This document shows positions 7,977-16,743 of a DNA stretch of 58,175 bases, one piece after another; within the stretch, counting starts at the first letter, position 1, and every line of letters starts with the position of its first letter. Made by a program: the position numbers and the translations under genes. This DNA comes from Candidatus Magasanikiibacteriota bacterium (GTDB taxonomy: Bacteria > Patescibacteriota > Patescibacteriia > Magasanikbacterales > UBA922): contig DOYU01000013.1 in assembly GCA_003518365.1 (NCBI GenBank), positions 12,974-71,148 on the forward strand, read 5' to 3'. The notes under the pieces are model-generated. The model was given only the letters and a program-made list of their open reading frames with translations, ran no database searches and had not been told where the DNA came from.

Positions 7977-10013
7977 CTACTTTTCACTATCAAGCTCCAG
8001 CTTGCGTTCTTTCGTCTCTATCTCATACGCCTCGAGAATATCACCTTTTTCTATTTTCACTTTTCCTTCGTAGCGCACCCCACACTCTGTACCTTGTGGG
8101 ACTTCTTTGACGGCAGTATGGCCACTTTGCAATTCGATGAGAACCCCTTTTCCAATGTCTTCTCCATCTCGTTTGACACGTACTTTTGCATCTTTTTTGA
8201 GCTTGCCATCTTCAACACGTCCACCCACCGTCATAGCTTTTTTATCTGTTCGAAATACTGCCAACACTTTCAGTCTCCCAAGTTCATGGACAATACTTTC
8301 ACTTTCGAGCAGTAATTCCAATTCGTCGTGGATCCAATCGATAAGATCATAAATCAGAGAATATTGCTTGAAAGGAATATTCTTTTCTCGCATACTTTCT
8401 TCTGCAGTGGTCGTTGGCTTAACGTTAAATCCAATCACAGTCGCACCGGATGCTTCTGCTGTAGCAACATCATTTTCTGCAATATTGCCAAGCCCTTTTC
8501 CGACAATACGAACCGCGACTTCATCATGCTTGAATCTATCAAATGATCCAATGATCGCTTCCAGACTGCCAAGCACGTCTGCTTTTATGACAAGATTAAG
8601 TGTTCGTTTTTTTCCATCATCATCTTCAGTATCAGTCCAGAGCACCGTACTTCGCTCCGCACCTGTTTGCTGGGTTTTCTTTTCTTTGACATCAATATGC
8701 GTGGCGCCTTCAGCGCGCGTCAAATCCAAAATATCTCCAATCGTCGGCGCAACTTTAAATCCAATAATTTGTACTGGCACGGATGGTCCTGACGTCTCAA
8801 TTTCTTCGCCAATATCATTTCTCATCGCGCGGACTCGTCCATAAATTTCTCCACCAATTACCAGGTTTTCACCTTTTCGCAATGTCCCTGATTGCACGAG
8901 AATCGTCGCAACAGGTCCCATACCTTTGTCGACATGCGACTCGATAATGGTCCCAACTGCTGGCATGTGTGGATCAGCTTTGATGATGTCTTCATTCATG
9001 TCAGCGACAAGTAAGAGCGTGTCGAGCAATTTGTCGATATGCAAATTATTTTTTGCAGAAATTTGTACCATTGGGACATCGCCTCCCCATTCTTCAGGCT
9101 GAACACCCTTGCCAGACAGTTCGGTCATGGTCCGTGTTGGATCTGCACCTTCTTTATCCATTTTATTAATCGCTACAATGTATGGAATTTTTGCAGCTTT
9201 CAAAATTTGAATAACTTCTTCTGTTTGTGGCTTCACGCCGTCGTCTGCTGCGACAACGAGAATCGCAAGATCAGCGACCTTTGCGCCACGACTTCGCATC
9301 ACGGTAAAGGCTTCATGCCCTGGGGTGTCGATAAACGTGATAGCTCGTTCTTCTTCTGTTTTTGGATCTTTCCAAATTGTCTGATACGCACCAATATGCT
9401 GTGTGATACCACCAGCTTCTCCACTTGCAATATGTGCTTTTCGGATTGTATCAAGGAGTGTTGTCTTTCCATGATCAACATGTCCCATGACTACGACCAC
9501 AGGCGCACGACGTTCCATCTGAGATGCAGATTGCAATGCTTCTTCGAGCACTTGTGCTTGTGCTTCATGTTTTTCCTCATGAGCTTTCTCATGGGTATCT
9601 TCTTTTTGTGTAAAAAATCCAAGCTCTTCTGCCATGATGGTAGCCGTTTCGTAGTCGATATCCTGATTTTGATTTGCAAGAATTCCATTCTTCATCAATT
9701 CTTTGATGACTTCTGTCACAGACAAATTCAGCCGCGTAGCAAAATCCTTTACCATCAGTCTTTCTGGGAGCGTAACCGTCTGTCCTAATTCCTTTCGCAT
9801 TTCTCGCTCTTTCTTTTTCTTTTCTTCAAGTTCCAGTTGTTTCTTTTTATCAAGATCACGTTTGATAAATTTCCATTTTTTCATGACAAGATCCGCAGTA
9901 CGATCATCAATCTTAATAGCCTTCTGTCCAATATCAAAACCATATCCAGGAAGAATATCAAGGAGTTCTTTTGTATTTGTTCGAAGCCGTCGGGCAAGTT
10001 CGGTAACATTCAT
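7977..10013 (-). CDS. infB: translation initiation factor IF-2
   Basis: 678 aa with [22 protein letters not shown] and NKMD GTPase motifs and C-terminal IF-2 domains. Confidence 0.95.
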   Translation of the reverse strand: MNVTELARRLRTNTKELLDILPGYGFDIGQKAIKIDDRTADLVMKKWKFIKRDLDKKKQLELEEKKKKEREMRKELGQTVTLPERLMVKDFATRLNLSVTEVIKELMKNGILANQNQDIDYETATIMAEELGFFTQKEDTHEKAHEEKHEAQAQVLEEALQSASQMERRAPVVVVMGHVDHGKTTLLDTIRKAHIASGEAGGITQHIGAYQTIWKDPKTEEERAITFIDTPGHEAFTVMRSRGAKVADLAILVVAADDGVKPQTEEVIQILKAAKIPYIVAINKMDKEGADPTRTMTELSGKGVQPEEWGGDVPMVQISAKNNLHIDKLLDTLLLVADMNEDIIKADPHMPAVGTIIESHVDKGMGPVATILVQSGTLRKGENLVIGGEIYGRVRAMRNDIGEEIETSGPSVPVQIIGFKVAPTIGDILDLTRAEGATHIDVKEKKTQQTGAERSTVLWTDTEDDDGKKRTLNLVIKADVLGSLEAIIGSFDRFKHDEVAVRIVGKGLGNIAENDVATAEASGATVIGFNVKPTTTAEESMREKNIPFKQYSLIYDLIDWIHDELELLLESESIVHELGRLKVLAVFRTDKKAMTVGGRVEDGKLKKDAKVRVKRDGEDIGKGVLIELQSGHTAVKEVPQGTECGVRYEGKVKIEKGDILEAYEIETKERKLELDSEK

Positions 10014-10034
10014 AGTGAGGTATACGGATATCCA

Positions 10035-10079
10035 GATAATCCAGATCTACGGATGATCTATCTGTAGATCTGGATTATC
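10035..10079 (-). promoter_or_regulatory. 16-bp perfect hairpin in the infB leader
   Basis: gataatccagatctac (10035-10050) and gtagatctggattatc (10064-10079) flank a 13-nt loop, 22 nt upstream of the infB ATG. Confidence 0.45.
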
Positions 10080-10110
10080 CGAATATCTGAATGCGTGTAA
10101 CAATGTGAGC

Positions 10111-10139
10111 AGTATAACCAACTAGTATAGAAAAGTCAA
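10111..10139 (-). promoter_or_regulatory. sigma70-like promoter for infB
   Basis: The minus strand reads TTGACT-17 nt-TATACT. Confidence 0.5.
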
Positions 10140-10289
10140 TATCTTAGCGAAAAAAAATTTCTCAACCTTGACAAATGCTATTTTGAAGACTATCCTTCCG
10201 AGCCGTACATAGGGAGGACTCTGTACAAAAGTGCAGTATTTCTTTCTACAAAGTAATACTGCCGTTCATTACAATACAGGCAAAAACTT

Positions 10290-10356
10290 TTTTGAAAAAA
10301 CTTTCGGGTAGCAAGAAATATGTGTAAATATAGATATCTTTCTTGCTACTCGAAAG
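10290..10356 (-). terminator. orphan minus-strand terminator at the left edge of the GC-rich island
   Basis: Arms ctttcgggtagcaagaaa (10301-10318) and tttcttgctactcgaaag (10339-10356) have one non-Watson-Crick position. On the minus strand a T6 run follows. Confidence 0.45.
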
Positions 10357-10372
10357 CCGGGTGGCTCTTCTG

Positions 10373-10388
10373 GACCACACGTGTGGTC
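10373..10388. promoter_or_regulatory. perfect 16-bp palindrome (candidate operator)
   Basis: gaccacacgtgtggtc lies 15 nt upstream of the GGAGG Shine-Dalgarno of the island membrane-protein gene. Confidence 0.35.
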
Positions 10389-10411
10389 TTCCCTGAGAAT
10401 CTGGAGGAATC

Positions 10412-11812
10412 GTGATACATCTCCTCTTGGCGGCATTCGTTCTTGCTGTCATCATCTGGACATCTTTGAGGGTGGAATCTTTGGGCATCAAGGTGCTCAT
10501 CTTCTTCGCCCTTGGCGCGGGGACAGCGGCAACGCTACTGGCCACCGCGGGAGAACTCGGACACGAGGTTCTGCACCATACATTCCTGGTGGACTACCCG
10601 CAGTTCATCGTGATCCCGCTCGCGACGGTCGCCATTGCAAGCCTCGGCCTCTTCGCCGTCAAGGTCCGTGATGGAGCAAAGCTCGGCTGGTTCCTGTGGC
10701 TCATTGCTCCCATCATCGGGAACTTCGGGACCACCTGGGCAATGGTACCAGTAGGACTCTCGCTCATCCCCACGCTCAAGCAGATGTACCCGAAAACGTG
10801 GAAGGAAATTGCCATTGCGACATGTGTATTTAGCATGAATATGCTCGCGCTCGGGACCTTGGCCGCGGATCCACCGCAAGCCCTGTGGGCAGTGAAGGTC
10901 TCAGCGTCCGGAGCACCGCTGGGCTTCTTCTTCCCCTTCAGCCAATTCTGGGTCTACATCCTTGTTACTTGGGGACTTTACTTCATCGTCCTCAAGCGAC
11001 TTGGAGTCTCCTTCGGGAGCATCAGTGAACTCGGCGGCATCAGCCCGAAAAGTTGGACGAAGTTCGCAACAGGAGTCGTTCTCGCGGTCTGTGTCGGCTT
11101 TGCAATCACAGCGCTTAGCGGGTACAACATCTCCTACTTCCTCGGTGGACTTCTGGTTCTCGCAATCCTCACAGCGTTCGTGCTGAGACGTCGCTCCTTC
11201 TCACATGAAGAGCGTCACAACACAATGCATTGGCTGACCGAGACGGCTACGATCTTCGTGGCCTTCTTCAGCGTTGTGGCGTTCGCCCATGCCGGACTCC
11301 AGGAAGTCCCCGTGTCGAATCAAGCAATGATAGGACCAATCATAGGTATGACCCTCGGCGCCGACAACGCAGCAGCGTTTGCGGCTGCCTACCCTCAATT
11401 CGAGGCACTTCCCGCCCAATACATGACGTGGTACAACCTCTTCAACTCTGTAGTATATGGCGGTGTGAGTCCCCTGGGAAATGGTCCTCAGATCACTCTC
11501 TTCTTGATCATCTTGGTGGCTCTGCGCGAGTTCAAGTCCGGAGAGGTCTTCAAGGTCTGGTTCAAGGAGGCGCTCGTCTTCGCACCGTACTTGCTTATCT
11601 GGACGCTCGTCAGCACTATCGTCATCGAACAGGGCATGGAATTCAGTATCCCTATCCAGATCCTGACCGGCATTGGATCCCTCGTCGCCGCAAACGAATT
11701 TATGGATCTACAAACGAAGTTTAGGAAGCACGTCGACGTAGGAACGACATGGGATGGACGACGACCACAACTGCGAGTGGTGCATAAGGATGAAGATGCA
11801 GACGTAGCCTAA
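10412..11812 (+). CDS. polytopic integral membrane protein, transporter-like; family not identifiable by eye
   Basis: 466-aa ORF with a GTG start 4 nt after GGAGG. It has many hydrophobic segments and clearly higher G+C than its flanks. Confidence 0.7.
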   Translation: MIHLLLAAFVLAVIIWTSLRVESLGIKVLIFFALGAGTAATLLATAGELGHEVLHHTFLVDYPQFIVIPLATVAIASLGLFAVKVRDGAKLGWFLWLIAPIIGNFGTTWAMVPVGLSLIPTLKQMYPKTWKEIAIATCVFSMNMLALGTLAADPPQALWAVKVSASGAPLGFFFPFSQFWVYILVTWGLYFIVLKRLGVSFGSISELGGISPKSWTKFATGVVLAVCVGFAITALSGYNISYFLGGLLVLAILTAFVLRRRSFSHEERHNTMHWLTETATIFVAFFSVVAFAHAGLQEVPVSNQAMIGPIIGMTLGADNAAAFAAAYPQFEALPAQYMTWYNLFNSVVYGGVSPLGNGPQITLFLIILVALREFKSGEVFKVWFKEALVFAPYLLIWTLVSTIVIEQGMEFSIPIQILTGIGSLVAANEFMDLQTKFRKHVDVGTTWDGRRPQLRVVHKDEDADVA

Positions 11813-11925
11813 CATACCAACTGACTCGGAGGGGCAGTCATGGCGTACACTTCAAAAAAGCTCTGCCTGTTCCTCCTTTTGTTCTTGAACATTCGAGGAT
11901 GAAAGGAGGAATGCACAATATTAAA

Positions 11926-11960
11926 AAAATAGAAAAAGATCTGGTATCTTTTTCTATTTT
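11926..11960 (+). terminator. Rho-independent terminator (15-bp stem)
   Basis: Hairpin aaaatagaaaaagat-ctggt-atctttttctatttt. Confidence 0.6.
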
Positions 11961-12000
11961 CTGTATACTATTGTCACCACCCATCGTGATAGGAGGACGC

Positions 12001-12237
12001 ATGGACAAAACTACGCCCTCCCCTCTATGGGAAGGCAAAACACAACAAGACACGCAAGTGTTCTTTCAGCCCAATGGGCATGGCATCATCGAACTGATAA
12101 ACTGGCGTTTCGGTGCGAACGAGCATGGCAATCTATGCGTGTTCCACGACACCAAGCCAGACCCCTCTATAGGACTCTGGAAATTCCACAATGTGGATGA
12201 TGATCGTCTTCGATTCTATCCACGTGAACGGAGGTAA
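12001..12237 (+). CDS. small hypothetical protein (78 aa) in the GC-rich island
   Basis: The ATG at 12001 is preceded by AGGAGG. The ORF track offers a longer 11899 start, which would run through the terminator hairpin. Confidence 0.45.
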   Translation: MDKTTPSPLWEGKTQQDTQVFFQPNGHGIIELINWRFGANEHGNLCVFHDTKPDPSIGLWKFHNVDDDRLRFYPRERR

Positions 12238-12300
12238 GAGCCCTGTATAGCCCAACGGCCGTCTATGCGTACTACAACGCTGGACGGCCCCTCTCTCAAC

Positions 12301-12335
12301 AAAAAACGATCCCGTTTCTATCGGGATCGTTTTTT
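12301..12335. terminator. bidirectional terminator (end of ppa, right edge of the island)
   Basis: Hairpin aaaaaacgatcccg-tttctat-cgggatcgtttttt. Confidence 0.65.
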
Positions 12336-12351
12336 GTACTTACAAGAGTAG

Positions 12352-12882
12352 TTACTTCCCAAATTTTTCTTTATACATCTCACTTGAGCGAGTCACTGCT
12401 GCGGCAGCCTGATCCAATCCTTCAAATCCATTGATCAAGACTTCTTTATTCTGCAACGTTTTATAGTTTTCGTAAAAGTGCTTCATGGTCTTAAGCGTAT
12501 GCTTGTTCACATCATCGATTGTCCTGACTTCTGCCCATCGTGGATCGTCTACCGGAACGGCAATAATTTTGTCATCACTTTCACCACTATCAATCATCTT
12601 CATGAGTCCGACTGGTCGGACACGCACGAGAATTCCTGGATGTAGAGGTTCAGTCGTCATCACAATCACGTCGAGCGCATCACCATCATCCCACAGTGTT
12701 TGTGGCGCAAAGCCATAATCAAATGGGAATGGCTGCGCAGTGTGTGACACACGATCAAGGGCGATGAGCCCTGTTTCTTTATCGATCTCGTACTTATTGA
12801 GTGACCCTCGTGGAATCTCAATAATCACATTCATTTCTTCTGGAATTTTTTCTCCAAGTGGAACGTCATGCCAAAGGTTCAT
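12352..12882 (-). CDS. ppa: inorganic pyrophosphatase (family I)
   Basis: 176 aa with YEIDKETG, DGDALDVIV and DDKIIAVP. Confidence 0.92.
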   Translation of the reverse strand: MNLWHDVPLGEKIPEEMNVIIEIPRGSLNKYEIDKETGLIALDRVSHTAQPFPFDYGFAPQTLWDDGDALDVIVMTTEPLHPGILVRVRPVGLMKMIDSGESDDKIIAVPVDDPRWAEVRTIDDVNKHTLKTMKHFYENYKTLQNKEVLINGFEGLDQAAAAVTRSSEMYKEKFGK

Positions 12883-12892
12883 AATGTCGTTG

Positions 12893-12921
12893 ATTAGTTA
12901 ATTAGGGAATTAGATTATTAG
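12893..12921 (-). repeat. four ATTAG (CTAAT on the coding strand) pentamers at an exact 8-nt period in the ppa leader
   Basis: attag occurs at 12893, 12901, 12909 and 12917. Confidence 0.6.
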
Positions 12922-12938
12922 TGTCTATTCTAAACGTA

Positions 12939-12967
12939 AGAATATAAAATAAAAGTAATTTTGGCAA
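12939..12967 (-). promoter_or_regulatory. sigma70-like promoter for ppa
   Basis: The minus strand reads TTGCCA-17 nt-TATTCT. Confidence 0.45.
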
Positions 12968-13012
12968 GCCCTGGGCTATGAAGAGCGAATGTACCCGTTC
13001 TGCCTATTCTGC

Positions 13013-13936
13013 TTATTGCTTACTCTGCTTACGAGCTAATACAACATATCCCTGCGACTCAACAAATCGCCCAAGTGTTACCAACTCTAGAAGTGAATAC
13101 AATTCTGCCGCTGCTGTAGAAAATGGATGCGTTTTTTTCTTTAAGAAATACAGCCACTTGTTCAGCGTGCGAAGGATGAAAAACTTTTTTGATGATTGCA
13201 ATGCCACATACATTTCATCAGGATGAACAAAAAATGTTGCCCAAACAGCACTCAACAATGTATACATCACAAATCCTGCGTTATCAATTTTTTCTTTCAA
13301 TTCATCTTTGCTATAGAGTGATATATGAAATTCGGCATGCGGATCGGTATTCATTCCCCTTTTCATAAGATAATTTCGAATCCAGGCATGCTTCCCAAGT
13401 TTTGATTCTGAAAACATGGCAAGCAGACCACCAGAAACAAGCACGCGATTCAACTCATGCAGCCACGCATCCACATCCGGCACATGCCCGAGCACGTCAG
13501 ACGTGTACACTGCATCAAATGTATTGTCAACAAATGGGAGCACTGTTTCATAGTCAACAATATCGGCATGCACACCATACTTTTTTAAATTCTCTCGTGC
13601 GAGATCATTTTGCAATCTCATGACGTCAGCGCCAACGACTTCCACATGCCGACCAAACAATTTTTTCAAATCTATAACCGCAGCCCCTGTCCCGGAACCG
13701 ACATCAAGGATGCGATACGGATCACGAAGATCGCCGATATTTTTTTTCTGTATATCTTTTGCAATCGCTCGATACAAAACAAACTTTTTTGGATAAAAAA
13801 TAAGCTTCAACCTATCTTTCCATGAAACAAATTCACCTGTGAACACAGGCGGTGCATCCCAAATTTCCGTACCATCATCTGTTTTCACTCCCCAACCGGT
13901 TGTTTTGTCATGAGTCTGATTATTCATAGTAAACAT
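13013..13936 (-). CDS. class I SAM-dependent methyltransferase
   Basis: 307 aa with ILDVGSGTGAAVIDL (motif I). Confidence 0.8.
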   Translation of the reverse strand: MFTMNNQTHDKTTGWGVKTDDGTEIWDAPPVFTGEFVSWKDRLKLIFYPKKFVLYRAIAKDIQKKNIGDLRDPYRILDVGSGTGAAVIDLKKLFGRHVEVVGADVMRLQNDLARENLKKYGVHADIVDYETVLPFVDNTFDAVYTSDVLGHVPDVDAWLHELNRVLVSGGLLAMFSESKLGKHAWIRNYLMKRGMNTDPHAEFHISLYSKDELKEKIDNAGFVMYTLLSAVWATFFVHPDEMYVALQSSKKFFILRTLNKWLYFLKKKTHPFSTAAAELYSLLELVTLGRFVESQGYVVLARKQSKQ

Positions 13937-14050
13937 TCGAATTACGAATTCTTACGAATGTGCGAAATCATATAAGTAGGATTTGCAAAAGAATTTATGA
14001 TACTATAATATCACGTATTCGAAAATTCGTAAGTATTCGTAATTCGAATG
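13934..14050. repeat. 26-bp inverted repeat (25/26 match) bracketing a divergent intergenic region
   Basis: cattcgaattacgaattcttacgaat (13934-13959) pairs with attcgtaagtattcgtaattcgaatg (14025-14050). Each arm ends in the start codon of the flanking gene. The octamer TTACGAAT occurs twice per arm. Confidence 0.7.
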
Positions 14051-14818
14051 TATATGACAGGCTTCCTCCTCATAGACAAACCAGTTGATTGGACCAGCCA
14101 TGACGTTGTCGCGCGTGTTCGAGGCATTGTCCGAAACGCTACAAAAATTGAAGAACGAAAAACAAAAGTGGGCTTGCCCGCCGCAGCTCAAGCAAAGCGA
14201 AGAGCGAAGGTGGGACATGCAGGGACTCTCGATCCCTTTGCCACAGGTCTTCTTATTGTAGGAATTGGTAAGGAAGCGACGACACAACTAGATACGTTCA
14301 AAGGAATGAAAAAAGAATATATTGCGAAGATACGATTGGGTGCAACGTCAGATACGTTTGATCGAACGGGCGTCATCAGTGAACAGAGATCAATGATCAG
14401 TGACCAAACAACTGAAATCAATGTGAATGCTGCATTAGAAAGTTTTATTGGCAAACAACAACAGTTGCCTCCGATGTACAGTGCAAAAAAAGTTGGTGGG
14501 AAGAAACTGTATGAGCTGGCTAGAGAAGGAATTGAGATAGAAAGGCAGCCGTGTGAGATTGAGATTTATGAGATAGCGTTGCTAGATACGAAAGCTCTCA
14601 CCTCCCCTTCCTTCACCATCCGCATAGCCTGCTCCACCGGCACATATATCAGGACGCTTGCACATGACATTGGACAGAAACTCGGCACAGAAGCATATTG
14701 TGAGGAACTCAGAAGAACAAAAATTGGTGAGTATTGTGTGGAGGATGCGGTGGGCATTGAAAATCTAACTGTGGATAATATACACACATTCATACGCAAT
14801 ATCCCAAAAATCTTGTAA
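14048..14818 (+). CDS. truB: tRNA pseudouridine(55) synthase
   Basis: 256 aa with GHAGTLDPFATGLLIVGIG. Confidence 0.9.
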   Translation: MYMTGFLLIDKPVDWTSHDVVARVRGIVRNATKIEERKTKVGLPAAAQAKRRAKVGHAGTLDPFATGLLIVGIGKEATTQLDTFKGMKKEYIAKIRLGATSDTFDRTGVISEQRSMISDQTTEINVNAALESFIGKQQQLPPMYSAKKVGGKKLYELAREGIEIERQPCEIEIYEIALLDTKALTSPSFTIRIACSTGTYIRTLAHDIGQKLGTEAYCEELRRTKIGEYCVEDAVGIENLTVDNIHTFIRNIPKIL

Positions 14819-14837
14819 AAAACAATCACGCAAGAAG

Positions 14838-14878
14838 ACAATTTCAACATCTTCAACAATTCGAACAATTTCAACATC
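14838..14878 (+). repeat. 14-nt direct repeat abutting the rny -35 box
   Basis: acaatttcaacatc occurs at 14838-14851 and 14865-14878, a 27-nt offset. Confidence 0.55.
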
Positions 14879-14880
14879 CA

Positions 14881-14909
14881 TTGACAAAATCAAATCTTCT
14901 TGGTATAGT
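14881..14909 (+). promoter_or_regulatory. sigma70-like promoter for rny
   Basis: TTGACA-17 nt-TATAGT. Confidence 0.5.
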
Positions 14910-15099
14910 GTCTGTACAAATTTATTCAGTACTGCCATGTATACGAAAGAGTGAAATGTGGCTGAATATAGCGAAAAAATGAAATTTCTTGCTTCACACA
15001 TCAGTGACAAAAAAATCCTCCATGCCAGCTGTTAGCGTGCATGGTTTTTTCACTATCTTCCACAATTTCTTTATATTTTTCGAAATCATGGCCTGACAC

Positions 15100-16635
15100 A
15101 TGTTTTTTATGATATCTACCATGAGCCTGGTCCTCGCCTTCGTTGGCGGACTTGCAGGTCTCGGTATTGGGTATGTTCTGCGAATAAAGATTGCAAAAGG
15201 CAATGCCACAAATGTGGAAGCAATCGCAGAAAAAAAACTCACCGAGGCAAAGACACAAGAACAGCAGATCATTCTTGAAGCAAAAGAAAAAGCTATCAAG
15301 GTCATCGATGAAGCAAAAAAAGAAGAAGAAGAACGACGCCAAGAATTGCGTAAAATGCAACAACGCCTTGAAAGTCGTGAAGAAACGTTTGATAAAAAAC
15401 TCCTTGAAATTGAGGACAAAAAGACCGAACTGCAAGAGAAAGTAGAAAAAGTGAAAACAATAGAAGCTGAAGTACTCGCAAAAAAAGAAGAAGTCGTAGA
15501 AAAACTCGCTACGGTTGCGACATACACAAAAGATCAGGCAAAAGAAGAACTTCTTACAAAAATTGAAGAAACTGCTCAAGACGACCTCCTCAACAGAGTT
15601 CGCAAAATGGAGAATGTGGGAGCAGAAGAACTCGAAGCAAAAGCACAGGACATCATGGTATGCTGCATGCAGCGTACCGCATCAAGCCATGCATCAGAAA
15701 CAACAGCATCAGCTGTCAATCTGCCAAGCGATGAAATGAAGGGACGCATTATCGGAAAAGAAGGACGAAATATCAAAACCATTGAACGCATGACTGGATG
15801 TGAAATCATTATTGATGAAACACCGGAAATGCTTGTTATTTCTAGCTTCTCCCCTATCCGTCGCCGGGTGTGTCAACTTGCAATTGAAAAGCTGATCAAG
15901 GACGGTCGTATCCAACCGGCAAAAATTGAAGAATACATCGAGGAAGCAAAGCGAGATCTTGCAATTGATCTCAAAAAATCCGGAGAAGCAGCGCTCCAAG
16001 AAATGGGTGTGATAGCTTCTGATCCAAAGCTGGCTTCGATTGTGGGTCGCTTGAAATACCGAACAAGTTATGGACAAAATGTCCTCAATCATTCACTCGA
16101 AGTTGGTCATATCGCGGGTCTTATTGCAGCAGAAGTAGGCATGGATCCTTCGCATGCACGCAAAGCAGGATTTTTTCATGATATTGGAAAAGCAATTGAC
16201 CATGATACGGAAGGCGCTCACACAGACATCGGACGACAAATCATGGAAAAATTCAATATGCATGCTGACTTTGCCGAAGTATGCAATACACACCATGATA
16301 CCAATCCCCCACTTCTCTTGACCAAACTGGTCATGGCAGCTGATGCCATTTCTGCATCACGTACCGGTGCTCGACGCGATACATACGAACAATATGTTTC
16401 TCGACTCAAAGAACTCGAGGAAACAGCTATGAGTTTCCCTGGCATCGAAAAAGTCTATGCTATCCAGGCAGGACGTGAAGTCCGTGTCTTTGTTACACCG
16501 GAAGAAATTGATGATTACGCAGCATACAATCTTGCAAAAGATATTGCTCGAAAAATCGAAAGTGAATTACAATACCCAGGTGAAATCAAAGTAAATGTCA
16601 TCCGTGAAACACGTGTGATTGAGTACGCGCGGTAA
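15100..16635 (+). CDS. rny: ribonuclease Y
   Basis: 511 aa with an N-terminal TM, a K/E-rich coiled coil, a KH motif (GRIIGKEGRNIK) and an HD domain (HDIGKA). Confidence 0.92.
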   Translation: MFFMISTMSLVLAFVGGLAGLGIGYVLRIKIAKGNATNVEAIAEKKLTEAKTQEQQIILEAKEKAIKVIDEAKKEEEERRQELRKMQQRLESREETFDKKLLEIEDKKTELQEKVEKVKTIEAEVLAKKEEVVEKLATVATYTKDQAKEELLTKIEETAQDDLLNRVRKMENVGAEELEAKAQDIMVCCMQRTASSHASETTASAVNLPSDEMKGRIIGKEGRNIKTIERMTGCEIIIDETPEMLVISSFSPIRRRVCQLAIEKLIKDGRIQPAKIEEYIEEAKRDLAIDLKKSGEAALQEMGVIASDPKLASIVGRLKYRTSYGQNVLNHSLEVGHIAGLIAAEVGMDPSHARKAGFFHDIGKAIDHDTEGAHTDIGRQIMEKFNMHADFAEVCNTHHDTNPPLLLTKLVMAADAISASRTGARRDTYEQYVSRLKELEETAMSFPGIEKVYAIQAGREVRVFVTPEEIDDYAAYNLAKDIARKIESELQYPGEIKVNVIRETRVIEYAR

Positions 16636-16683
16636 TAAAGTTGGTAAGGTTTTTCATGTTGTTGAGGTTTCTGAAGTCTCTGT

Positions 16684-16717
16684 AAAAAAAGCTTTCATAT
16701 ACTATGAAAGCTTTTTT
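16684..16717. terminator. bidirectional terminator after rny
   Basis: Hairpin aaaaaagctttcata-tac-tatgaaagctttttt. Confidence 0.65.
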
Positions 16718-16743
16718 ATTTGCCATGTTCCTTCAAAGCAATA

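Noticed and set aside
8107-10056. Several plus-strand ORFs of 60-249 aa (8368..8844, 9039..9788, 9703..10056 and others).
   Set aside because: All are antisense to infB, which has unmistakable IF-2 GTPase motifs. The translations are Cys/Phe/Ser-rich nonsense.
10168-10196. Plus-strand TTGACA-17-TATCCT promoter-like sequence about 215 nt upstream of the island transporter.
   Set aside because: The -10 is weak and it lies inside the infB upstream region. It could be chance in AT-rich DNA and cannot be supported without TSS data.
10381-11724. Alternative-frame and antisense ORFs inside the GC-rich island (10381..10671, 10535..10879, 11230..11724 and others).
   Set aside because: High G+C suppresses stop codons in all frames. 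Only the 10412..11812 frame has an SD-spaced start and a coherent multi-TM hydrophobic pattern.
14994-15579. Two minus-strand ORFs of 177 and 192 aa.
   Set aside because: They are antisense to the Lys/Glu-rich coiled-coil region of rny. A purine-rich coding strand yields stop-free Phe/Ser-rich antisense frames.
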